Shown piece after piece: positions 1 to 12,744 of a stretch of DNA of 64,000 nucleotides. The translations under genes and the position numbers were made by a program. The notes under the pieces were generated by a model that was given only the letters and a program-made list of their open reading frames with translations, made no database searches and was not told where the DNA came from. This stretch comes from Daphnia carinata (lineage: Eukaryota): positions 5,518,001 to 5,582,000 of the forward strand of contig NC_081331.1 of assembly GCF_022539665.2 (NCBI RefSeq), read 5' to 3'. Every line of letters begins with the position of its first letter. The stretch's first letter is position 1.

Positions 1-2702
1 CTGATAGTGGAATCAGAGGACTTGTGCATGAGGCAGAATTCTATGGAATCACTCCTCTCACTCAACAACTAAAACTAGTTCAAGAACTGGATCACTCATC
101 CTGTGGCAATGTTCTTTACTATGGATGCCTTAATCCACCCAGTACTTCTGAAATTCAAATTTTAATTATGAAGGATTGAATGCAGGCTTTATCTATTGTT
201 CTATTTAGGTGTTCCATTTCCAGATGCAAGATCTAATAGAGGTGGGGAAGCTAGCATTGCAAGTGAAAGCATGCAACAACAGGCAAATTACACATCAAGA
301 CAGTCTGTGTTAGATCTCAGAGCGCTGGTGCCCCCGCGAGGCACCAGTAGTTCAAGAAATGGTCACATTGTCATGAACAGGTTTGATTTATTTTTGAATT
401 ATAAATCCGTGCGGGCACAAATTCGACATGGTAGTTTCTAAGCTATAAATTATTAGGACCCATTCTCGGTCTTCTTCTCTGGATCTACGATGGAACTCTT
501 TACGAAGACAAGAGGCAGGAGCAGCAGCCGGGAGTCACAATCAATTGGCTGCATGGTTTGGAGGTTTACACGGTAAATTTTTACTATCATTTCTTGTAAT
601 TTTGTTTTTGAGTTTGACTGTTACGTCAACCCCTATATTTAGTTCGATCATCCATCGATCCTCTGCGAGTGAATCTCATCAAAGCCCACCATAACTGGAT
701 CTTGATTGCCTATGCTCACATGATAACTTGTCACAAGTAACGGCAGAGTTTGAAGGTTTCATTTTCACAAATTGAAAGTCCAATTATCATTGATTCACTA
801 TTTATAGATTCAAAGACGCTGGTGGGTGGCATCTCGTATTTACCAGTCCTTGGATGGAGAATCAAATTGACCGCGTAGCTCTAAACGCACGGATGACAAG
901 TAGCGGGGGTCAAAATCAGACCCCAAATCCTTCATCTGAAACTAAAATGGTCGCTTTGGCGTCAGGTAATATTATATAGTAATTGATTTGTAGTAATCGA
1001 TGTAGAATAGCAGTAATACTGGCAGTAATTCATACCTATACTCTTTACAATTAGGCACCACAATTCGACTGTGGGCGGTCACAGATGATGGCCAGCGCAA
1101 TGACATAGGTACCCAGTTGCTTATGTTGCTTTTGGTTTCACTCGAAGTGTTAATTTGCCTTTCGCACTCTTCGTTTGTTCCAGGAACGTTCAACATGCAT
1201 GTCTCGATAGAATCTCTGTTTTTCATCGGTAGCCAACTAGTAGCTCTTTCACGTCCACCGGTTGGAAAAATTGGAGTATGGCACTCGATGACTCAACATT
1301 GGCAAATCCAAGACGTCACTCCGGTGTCTTCTTATGACACTGCTGGTTCTTTACTTCTTCTAGGATGTAGTAACGGATCCATATGTTACATTGGTGAGAT
1401 GATACCGTCATTCGATAGCCATAGTAGCCTAGTAAATGTGAGCCGGCTTCTATCACAGATATGCAAAAATTTCCTTTGAGAATGAAGGATAATGATCTTT
1501 TAGTCACGGAACTGTATCGAAATCCAACACCTGAGGCCATCACTTCTATCTCAGTTTATCTGACTCCTAAAACAAGTAATATACCTTATATCACTTCATT
1601 TTCGTTTCGTAAGAACCTGATCGTAACAGTAGTGTAATATTTTACAGATCACACAGGCATGTGCGGAAATTGGATAGAGATCGCCTATGGGACCAGTTCA
1701 GGGGCAGTAAGAGTAATTGTGCAACATCCCGAAACAGTTGGTCATGGTCCGCAGCTCTTTCAGACGTTCACTGTCCATCGCTCACCTGTCAATAAAGTGT
1801 GATTAGATATTTGATTTAATTTAACCCTTTTTTAAAAAACATTTTCGCTTAAATTAGGTGAGGCTTTCTGAAAAGTATCTAGTCTCCGTCTGTAGCGAGT
1901 ACAATCACGTACGTACCTGGAGCGTCACGCGCTTCAGGGGGATGATATCCACTCAACCTGGCTCTACACCAGTCTCATCCTTCAAAGTTTTATCGCTGGA
2001 TGAGTACGACGGTTATTCGAATGGCCCTAGTCCTTCACGGAGCGATTGCGGTTGGAGAAATATTCATTAATACTCTACGATAATTCGGCATAATTACCTT
2101 AACATCTCTAGGGCCGTACGGAGAGCAAGATGACGAACAACTCTTTGTTCAACAAATTGTGCCGGACAGTGATGAACTCTACGTTCGTTTGGCGTCGACG
2201 GGAAAGCGGTAAATTCTTATTTTAAAATATAATAGGTTCCATGTCTTATTGTCGACTCGACAGGGTTTGCGTAATCAAATCCGTCGATGGTACAATCATC
2301 ACGTCCTTTTGCGTGCACGAATGTGAAGGATCTAGCCGAATGGGATCGCGTCCTCGTCGAGTTCTTTTCACCGGCCATTCAAATGGCGTGGTCCAAATAT
2401 GGGATTTAAGCACGGCACTTGACCTCTCTAACCGCGGAGATCCACCCCAAGTAGGTGGTCCTACACCCGCTGAATTGGTCCGTGCTCTGGAACAGTGTGA
2501 AGTGGTTGCCTCACGTGGATCCACCCCTGCCCCTACTCCCAATCCCGGTCTATCAGCTGCCTATCTTCACGGCCACTCAAGAATTAAGGCAGCCAATGTA
2601 CCTCTTCTTCTACAACTACAACGTCCCAACAACGATGCTACCCATCACGATGACACTGAAGCGGATTGCCGTCTGGCCCCCTCTGGTGATGGTGACCATT
2701 AA
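1..2702 (+). CDS. KCTD3: BTB/POZ domain + WD40-like protein KCTD3/SHKBP1 homolog, multi-exon, 5'-truncated by the window edge
   Basis: Spliced exons give AEFYGITPL (end of BTB), [96 protein letters not shown] and [15 protein letters not shown], all recalled KCTD3/SHKBP1 motifs; stop TAA 2700-2702. Confidence 0.92.
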
Positions 2703-4547
2703 TACTGGGCTATGTGCACGTTGTACTCTGTAAGTAAACTTTCCTTAAGAACCGAGTCCGGTACTTATGCGTCGAAATCCCTTGATCTGGTACGGATGTA
2801 TCTCATAGATCTTTGAGTCACAAATGTTTGGGATATGAAGGTACAAGTAGAATCAATGCCCTTCTCGTGTTATTTTAGGAAAGCAAACGGTCACGTATTT
2901 TTTACTAGTAGCACTCCATATTGCAACTCCTGTGCCTATTTCTCCATTTCGACGCTTGACCTATCGCAGACTTTTAGATAAGCCACTTTATCGATTAATG
3001 TATGCGTTGTATTACTGTAGGGGCCGTTCTAGCGCAATTCTGACATTCTGGCGTCTTGCGTTTTTCATATCCCCTACCCCATACATGATTAAATCTCGTA
3101 TTAATAACACCTTGCACCATATCCACGGAAAGGGCTAATTGGTTTATCATGTTGCCATCGCTGGTGATCGTGCGCTTCTAAAACAATGTTTTCAGCCACC
3201 GAATGCACGTCTTTGTCTTCCAAATTAAAGTTACGTTTATTCCGCTGAAGCGTTTTTTATTTTTTTTCCCTCTTGCGTTGTTGTCATACGTTTGCAGCAA
3301 ACGCTCGGCGATCGCCATTTTAAAAACTATCTCTTGCTTGTTTTGTTTTTTGTCTGTTTCTTGCGATACAGAATGATCTTTATAAACACCTTAAAAGGTT
3401 ACCGAGATATCCCAGATAGTTTCAGTGATCTTTTGTTTAACCTCTTCTTTAAGGTATGACGGGTAGAGTAGATGTAGAGCTTCGCGTATTAAGAGATAAA
3501 TCTTTTTTTAAGTAACATGAGGATGAAAAGTTACCAGAAACCATGGCCGTAAAAAGAAAGCGGCTTTAACGAACTATATAAATCAAAGCCTTGGTAACTG
3601 GTCTTGGAAAAGATCCATTATGTTTAACCTATGACGGTGTCGCCAAGCCAACGGCAGGTACACCAGGACGTTGTCCCGAGTGCTCTTCGCGGGTAAGGAG
3701 GAACTCCCAAATATTACAGTTTTTGATTCGATTCTTTTATTTCCATGTGTAGTAGAGTTTATTTACGCTAAAGTAGGTTTTCAGCTTTGGAAAAATCAAT
3801 CACCCACATCACCTGATACAAATTTCATCTTGTTAATTCTAGGGACTATTGAATTCAAAAATAACAATGACAGAGTATTCATTATTAGTTGTATCGATTG
3901 TATTTACTTACAAATCATGGTAATCAGCCTTCAAAAATGTGGATAACGGACTTAAAAAATTTGAAAATCCCGTCGAAATTGCTAGTAAAAATGTTGAAAT
4001 ATTTAGCGGAAAGAGGACGATCACCGTACATTTACAAACAGCGGATTGATTTCCTTTTTTTCATCTGGCTTATACTACAATGCAAAAGGTACATTGGCAA
4101 TCGAATCTTGTCGACTTCATTGATAGAATGTTCTTTTCGTCTACAGTGGTACGTCAATCCCCCCTATATTGGATCTTGGACTTGAAGGGCTGCATTTTCA
4201 GTGGCCGTTATTCTTGTAACTCCAGCAGTGAAGAAAAGAAATTGAATAAGATCCCAGAGCTAAGAAGATGCTAGCGGTCACGGTAAAAAAAAAACCTTCC
4301 ATGAAACCTTTCGTGACTGAGCACCTGTTTTGAAGAAACTGTCTCTCAGTAGTATATGGAAGAAATCGAAGTTTTCGGAAAAGATTACACGTACCGATCA
4401 AGGAAGTAAGTCTTACCAACTAATCTTTATACGAGAAATCTTTTATCGAGCAACACTCTGTTTTTCGTAAGTGTTAGAGATGTGTATTGATAGTTGTGAC
4501 CCCTAACATCAACCAAACTACTCTGGACATGTATCGAATGATGGAAT

Positions 4548-6080
4548 CTACTGATTAATTTTACTTAGCGGTGTTCTCCTGCTGCCTTCAGATGAAACGG
4601 CATCGGTTTGCATAGAAACCAATTGACTTTCAGCGACACCGGACACTATCGGTAAGTCAATATCACCGGGCTGAGTAATGGTGACCTGATGGGTGTTTCC
4701 AGTCGTCCTATTAGGTTCACCGACATTTGCTTGGCTAAAAGGAAAATGAGGTCCGTTTCGACTGATCTGATGTTGACCCCTCATTAGTTGACTTCTCTCC
4801 ATGTAATGGATACGTATTCATCCGATTTCTCACCTGAGTGTTAAACAAGACGTAAATGACCGGATTGTAGGTGATGGAGGTTTTGGCCAGAAGGGCAGGA
4901 ACGTAGCCACCTATGCCGTTCACATCGATCAGCATAACGGAACTCCCAAGGACGGCGTGGAATACTTTGATTAAAGCGAAGAGCGCGTAGGGCAGCCATG
5001 CAATCAGAAAACAAACCACCATGAGCGTCAACATGCAGACCACCTTTCTTTCAGCTCTTCTAGCAACGGTGACTATTTGACTTTCCCCAGTTGACGTGAT
5101 CTGCAAAACGAATAATTTTGCATCGAAATATATTCGTTCGGCAACCTAATAATTCTTTATGAATCGGGCCAACCTGCCGAATGGCTAAATGGATGCTCAC
5201 GTATGAAATTGATATGATGAGAATCTGAAGAAGGAATCCCATCGTAAATAAAAACGTGATGTACGACAAGGAATTCCATGTGGTAGACATCCAGTTTACC
5301 GAACAACTGCCGATGAACGTTATTGTACAGTAAGTTACATTTGTTTTGATTTGCTTTTGTCGCATTTTTACCTTATGCCTGGGCCTTCCAAAATGAAGTC
5401 TCCCCATCCAAACAATGGTGGTGACGAGACAATGAAAGAGTAGATCCAGAGGACAACAATAATCAGCCGTGTTTCTGGAAGTTTTACTATCCATGTTGAT
5501 TGACATATCTTAAGTGCTCTGTCTAGCGCTAAAATAGCTAAAGTGGTGGCAGAAGCGGTCCCTGGCGTATGCAATCATAAGTTAAACACTGATATCACAT
5601 TCTTGTAAAATCATACTGCGTAATGGTTTTGTTGAATTCAAAGACGACTCATTTCAAATCTACCACTAGGCTTACCTACAACAGTTGTCACGAAAGCATA
5701 GAAATTGCAACCCAAGTCACCGAAGATCCATTGGCGGTGGATTGACGAAGTCAGAGGCATCAGGATGCCAAACGTTGCGTTAAAAAAATCAGCGCAAGCA
5801 ACGTTGACAATTAACATGCATTGCCTATTCCACAACTGTACAAAAATAGCCTTAATGTTAAAGGTTTTTCTGGCGTAAGTGAACAAAAAAACTATTAATT
5901 TTGTGTTTGATTTCAAACCTTACCTTTCTGTTCCTGGCAACGATAATGATGACTGCTAAATTCGTTGAGCTTCCTATTACAGCAATGGTTGTCAAGACAG
6001 CAGCAATCAAGTTGTACCAATGTTCCTCCATCGCGTTATTTGGATGTATTACGGAACAGTCAACAATTTCCGTTGTTTCT
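4548..6080 (-). CDS. Ciliary-type opsin (pteropsin-like), multi-exon; first coding exon possibly 6781-6823 (MRATQRSKLWKLCK, phase-compatible) or start at ATG 6031
   Basis: 7TM exons: WIFGDLGCNFYAF, PPLFGWGDFILEGPGISCSVNW, CFLIAWLPYA and LLAKTSITYNPVIYVLFNTQ (retinal-binding Lys plus NPxxY); E181-equivalent present; SCSVNW and N-x-Q helix 8 fit arthropod pteropsins. Confidence 0.85.
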
Positions 6081-7912
6081 ATGAGAAAAGGGAGCAGTAG
6101 CAAGGTAAGCTTAGCCTAAATTTCTCTTCGACTCCTGTGCGCACGTGCAAGTTAAGCAACAGACTACGTTCATACTATACATCTGTAAATTTCAATAGCT
6201 GTCTTCGTGAAGCTAATAACGTGTTGATTGGAATTCCTCTTCCGTAAACCATAACTGATTTAATTGAGTACAGCTCTTGGTTATGTGTTACGTAGGCTAA
6301 CGGTAAATTATGCCATTTACGTAACTCTGGTGCCCTTTCTGTTGCGCTTAAGTCGTTTAACAAGGGCTACCGTAAGGGACTGTCAGAACTTCGTCTGGGA
6401 ACCGTCCACCACGCAAAATAGAAAAAAGGATATATCCCATCATTAACTTACGCACTTTTGGGTTGAAATTAGAAAAATATTTGCTATAAGAAGACAAATT
6501 CTTGCCGTTTGCAGAGACGGTTACAAGTTTTAAAATCTTGAAATCGTTCCATTTTTTTAATAGACGTAACTTTGGTAGGCTGTGCTGAGCAACCTACACC
6601 ACCTCACAAAATTCTTGTTCGAAAAGTCGTCGTGCAATCCCACATTCTCTAGGAATTTTTGTAATAACGACACGCATAATTCTGGGTTGTGATTAGAAAA
6701 ATCTCACATAGGAATCTCCATCAAAAGATACCAATGTGATCTCACTTGGTTTATTGACATTATTGTATTGTTTATAATACCTTTACAGAGCTTCCATAGT
6801 TTGCTTCGTTGGGTTGCTCGCATAGGTCCTTAGGTTTCTTAGTATTCCTTATTGCATCTTGTCAGAAACAATTTCTATCTCTTAACTCATCGCAGTTTGA
6901 CTACAGAAATATTTCCTTGTTTGCCAATATTGTCAAACTAACATTTGATTCGAAGTATACATAGACTTTTGATTCTACGTTTGAGAATATCTTAAGAGGC
7001 GAAACTTAAGTTGAAATTTCTTAGCATACAGAGATAGTAAAACACAACAAAAAGAACGCACTATACTGCTAATCGCCAGCCACTGCACATCCAAGTGAGC
7101 ATACTCCGTCGTTTATTCTTAGGTTTAAGAATTCTAAAAACATAAAAAAAATATGTTAAGACTTTGAAAGAATTTAGACTTGTTTCTTTTCTAAGTCTTA
7201 ACGGCTTTAAAAACTTTTTTTTTTATTATTTCAACTTGCAACTTTGAGGTTGGAAGTTACATACTGAAGGCAAGGATCAAGAAAACCCTGTGCCGCAACA
7301 TGTCGTTATAAGCCAAAGTTAAATAGGATTTGGAGACAATAGGACAAAAGAATAGATATTCTCATATTCGACGATAAGCTGCGAAACGTATCAAAGCCGA
7401 CCTATTGTCGGCTCATTAGACGTTGGATCGCTTCGTCGGGGTGTTATATGAATATCGAAAAAAAAGATGCATTGAACTTTTCGTGAATGACGCCTTTATT
7501 TTTCAGAGTGAAAGAAGCAATAGCATGCTAGGTACAGTATACATGGTACGGTATCCAAAAGAATTCATACACAGAAGACTTCTAGCATGAAGTGCTAGTA
7601 ACATTGCGGTAGACCGGGATAGTGTGAATGTCCGTGTTCTTTTCTCCTCGTGTGTTGCTCAAATGGGGAAATAGAAAAAAAAAAAAGAAAAAGAAAAAAA
7701 AATGTATGTATATACATATATATGAAATAAAAATGTAATAATAACAAATCGATACTTAGGGTTGTGCAGACGAATCGCTTTTTTCAGCTTTGCATCGTCT
7801 GTGGTCTGTCGCCGCTGTGCATGGTTCTGTTTGTTTTAATTTAACTAAAAATTAATATTATAAAGTCTGTCAATGTAAACTATCTTTTCTCAAAGAAAAA
7901 GAATAGAAAAAC

Positions 7913-10900
7913 ATGGAACGCGTGAAAATCGAAAAGGAAACTGGTGCGGAAGAAAGGGTTGGTTGATAATTATTCATATTTTTTGGCTTTCATCTAATAC
8001 AGTGCTCTTTGAAAACATATAGATTGTAGAACTTTTGAATTCTGCAGCTACAGATGCTGGTGATCAATCGAGAGTTGATCATCTAATTAAAATTCAAGAA
8101 TTGATCATCCACCAGGAAGCTGGACTCTTGGATAACTTTGTGGATGAAATCACTGCTTTTCAGCATGATCGTTCAGCTGATGTTCGAAAAACTATTGTAG
8201 GTTTCATTGAAGAAGCTTGGTATAAAAATATTAATGTTTCCTAAAATAAAGTAAAATAAATTAGTGTATCGGTTTTACAGTAAAGTAGATCCGGAGTTGC
8301 TTGGTAAAGTCATGCACAGTTTACAGCTTTTATTAGGTGACACATCAATTGCTGTGCAAAAACGTGTAATTCAAGCTTTGACTCAGCTGTATAAAACTAC
8401 TTTGCTATGGCTAGCAAGAGCAAATTCTGTAACTGAGCTTATGGAGAGGACATGGAATATGCTCAGTCAGATGAAATCTCAGATTGCCAAAATGATTGAT
8501 CACGACAATGATGGGTAAACCTTTAAAAATCTAGGCTCCCATAGTGTACTAATCAAATAATCTGGTGGCTGTAGAGTAAGAACGATAGCTGTAAAATTCT
8601 ATGAAATGATTATTGTATCACAAACCTATCCTGAACCAGATAGCGTGCGCAAAGAAAACGAATTTAGTTTAGAAGAGGTACCACTAACACTTAAAGTTGC
8701 CAGACCCAGAAAATTGGAAGAAGAAGCGCAGCTGATGATTGAAGATTTGCTGAAGTTTCATGGCTCCGCACACATAAGCAGTGCAAACCTAATGGCGTGT
8801 ATGGGTTCACTTACTCACATAGCAAAAAGTCGGCCTCAGTTCCTGGATCGCATCGTAACGGCCATGGAAATGCTGCATGCAAACTTACCCCCGACTTTAT
8901 CCAAATCACAAGTGAATTCAGTCCGCAAACACTTGAAATTGCAATTATTGGCAATACTTAAACATCCCGCTTCGTTTGAACGCAGCAGCAACATAAAAAC
9001 TCTTCTTGGGGATTTGGGTGCCACGCCGCAAGAAATCAATAAAGTATGTAGTAATATCATTTTCCTTTTAATGCAATTTTTAGATAAACTTATGTAACAA
9101 TTTTACTTCGAGGTATTGCCTACCGCTGAAGAAATAGCGAAGCATCCAAGACGATCTGAGCGGGCGGAAGATTCCAAAAGCGGTCCAGCAGCTAAACGAA
9201 GAAAGATAGAAGCTGATCCAGTAATTCCAGTTCGCGAGAATACTAAACAGAAAGCTCTTGCTATTACGGAAGAGTTTCTCGTACAACGGCTCACGACAAA
9301 AGGAGCTGTCGATCTCGTAATGGAGACGCTGGTATGCATTTTCGATCCCAATTCCTATTCCACAATCTATAAAGCTTTCTTTTAGCCTGTTTATTTATTT
9401 AAAGTTTTTTTTTTTTTTTTTTTTTTAATATATATATATATATAATCCTTTCGCTGTTGCTAGCCTCACATTACCAGCGGTATGCCTCCACATTTTCCCT
9501 CTATTTATACACCTATCTCGGATGCTGGAACACAAAGCCAAATTCGACACATAGCTCGTCTCATGGCTTCTCAAATGACAAATGCCGGAATTGGACCTGG
9601 AGTTGCAGAAGCCGGTTATGTTCCAAAAATGGTAATTCATATCTCAATATTTTAAAGTAACATGTATGCAGATACTGACTCCTAAAGTTCCCAGGGCAAT
9701 GATTTTGAAGACGAGGATGATGACATGGATGATATCCCTGGTGCAGCTGTAATAACGCCAGGATTTCGAGGTGGGGAAGATCCCGAGTCAGCTAAACCTG
9801 GGGTGGCCTTAATTCAACCTCCAGTACAAATTCGAGCAAGGCAAAGAGCATTAAAACTAGCAGAAATTGCGAAGCCGTTGACGCCACAAATGAACGAATC
9901 CATGGCTCGTTCTGCGCTTCAGCGAGTCTTGAAAGCCGAACGAACTGCCATGCTAGGTGGCGTAGCGGCGAATAGGCAAAAGATTTTGGCCTCACTAGCG
10001 ACCCTTTTTTCGGGAGATTTCAAAGATCGTAAGTTACTTATTTCTACTTTGATGCATGATGAAAATTTATTCATTCTTGGATATGAAAATTCAGTCGTTT
10101 TAGAGTACATTATGGCAGATCCACGCTTGCGAATTGAACTCGCCTTCTCATGGCTCTATGAGGAATATTCTATGGTTATGGGTTTCTGTCGTCAATCGTC
10201 TATTGTAAAAGATGAGTTCCGTCACGCAGCTGTTGACAGTTATACCGACGTGTTTTGCTCTTTAGTGAACGAGTTAAAGAAACAATCCGATTTAAAAGAG
10301 CGAGAAGTGTAAGTATTAGTGTTTGGTCAATGACAAATTCACCGATTTTTCCCATTTTTTAAATAAATTTTTTGTGTTAGGTTACTGAGCCGGTTATTCC
10401 ACGAATCGCCAAACATTCCAGAACAAGGAGTCTCGATATTGCGAACAATGTTATGTGAGGACGCTAAGTTGGTGGATATTTCCATCCAAATTCTTCGCCA
10501 GCTTGTTCACCGTCCATCAAAGCAATTGATCTACCTGAATGTTTTGCTCGAAATCAGTAGCCACGAAAATGAAACTATTCGTTCGGCTGTTCTTTCCTGC
10601 CTGACCGATTTATATGACCGTGGAGCCCTCCGTCGCGTAATTGAGGATTACGCTTTAATGTGCCTCAAGTTTTTGTTGTTAGAGGAACCCCCAGCGCTCC
10701 TCTGCGGGCCTGAAAAGGGCAGAAGTGAAGTGGTCACTACCTGGACCGAAGAGATTATCAAAGCCTGTCTCTATCTGTTCCTTGCCGTGCTTCGTTCCAA
10801 TCACAAGTTGATCCATGAGTGAGTCAAATTCTTCACGTGGCAAACAAAGTTAGTCCTAATGAAATGATTTGGTCTGATTGGTAGACTGGCAGTTGTATAT

Positions 10901-12238
10901 GTCCAAGCAAATGCCGACATCAAGAGAAAAATCTTGCGGATGGTCGAAGGCCCCGTGGAAGGCATGGGAATGGAATCTCCAGAATTACTAAAGTTGGTCG
11001 AAACGTGTCCTAAAGGGGCTGAAACTCTGCTCATCAGGATCATCCATATTCTCACTGATAAATGTAAAGAGCAGAAATGTGCATTTCAGAAAGAATTTAT
11101 CCTGTAAACTTTTTCTGTAGATCCGCCAAGCCCTGCTTTAGTTGAGCATGTGCGCAACATATATCAGCAACGTGTCCCCGATGTTCGTTTTCTTATTCCC
11201 GTCCTCAATGGCCTTGGGAAAAAAGAAGTCCTATCTGTGCTTCCAAAATTGATCAAGCTAAATCCCGATGTCGTCAAAAAAGTATTTAGTCGTCTGTTGG
11301 GCACTCAGGTAAATTTTAGAAATTTTTGACACTATCTAATGATCTTTATTGCCATTTTCACTATTTGTATGTAAAGGGAGACACGACGGTCACGTATCCT
11401 AGCCCGTTGTCTCCGACGGAGCTTTTAATTGCTCTCCATAATATTGACAGCACCAAATGCGACATGAAAACAATCATGAAAGCAACTTCTATGTGCTTTA
11501 TGGAACGAGGAGTTTACACGCAGGAGGTGTTGGCCGTTGTTATGCAACAACTCATGGATCAAAATCCACTGCCAACACTTTTGATGAGAACTGTTTTGCA
11601 GTCTCTATCCCTGTATCCGAGATTATCAGGATTTGTGATGAACATACTGCAAAGGTTGATAGTCAAACAGGTATACTGATACTTAACACAATGTGTATGC
11701 TAGATTTTTTTAAATTTTATTTTTGGATTATTTATCGAAACAAATATTTTATTAATAGGTTTGGAAGCAAAAGAAGGTCTGGGAAGGTTTCATCAAATGC
11801 TGCCAAAGGACGAAGCCGCAAAGTTTTGCCGTTATTCTTCAGCTTCCTCCTCAATTTCTTCAAGAATTACTAAATACATCCCCTGATCTTAAGACTCCAC
11901 TCGTGGAGCATGTCATGACCTTCACCGAAAATCAGGTTTGTATTTGTATTCTTGTTTAATTTTTCTGTTGTTTGAAGTTAAAAAGTAATTTATTTATCTC
12001 CCGTAGCGAATGCATATTCCCAAGCTTACGATGGATGTTCTTAATGGGATTGCTCAGTTTCAAGCGGAAGCAGAAGAACTACACAACGAGGATTCAAAAG
12101 ATAAAGAAGCGGTTGGTGATTTCTTAAACGTAGTATTTGAACAGTCCATTCAAGTTAAGTTCGTTATAGGGATCTCCTGAACCCATTGAGTCTACTTTTC
12201 ATGGCGATATCGAACCACCCGCTCCTGGGGATTCCTAA
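7913..12238 (+). CDS. SYMPK: Symplekin (mRNA 3'-end processing scaffold), multi-exon
   Basis: [104 protein letters not shown] and [20 protein letters not shown] 7913, TAA 12236-12238, AATAAA ~12345. Confidence 0.95.
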
Positions 12239-12744
12239 CCATTCCTTCGTTGAAGTTAAAACAAGCTCAATGATGATGGATGGCCAGAGCTTGGAATGAA
12301 GAATATTTTGTATTATTTCCTTCTTATAAAAAAAACAAACGTATAATAAAACTTAGCCAAGACAAATGCAATTTTCGGAAGTTTAATTGTAATGCAGTGA
12401 AAGCAGAAAAAATTTTAAGCCCGACTAAATAAGCCCGACTTTTCTCGGTCGGGCTTAAATTTTTTTTCTGAAAAAACTGACACTCATCGGAATTGGTTGA
12501 ATATCACAGGGTATACTCAAAATTGAATGCTGATTCCGGGAAAATTGCTGTTTTTAAAATTAAGCAAATCGTTTTTGAAACACACCGAATATTTGACGCA
12601 ATGTTAGCGCGCCAGTACGCTACAGCGCTAGTTCGATGCAGCGGAAATATTCGGTGGGTATATATAGAGAATTAACTATACATCTGAGGTAGATGGCGAT
12701 AGCAGTGAAACGGAAAAAAGGCCGATATATGGCAATCCGTTTTA

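Noticed and set aside
10029..10094. Stop-free in-frame introns (symplekin, GRIPAP1, FGD) as regulated intron retention
   Set aside because: Expected by chance among many ~65 bp introns; no independent support
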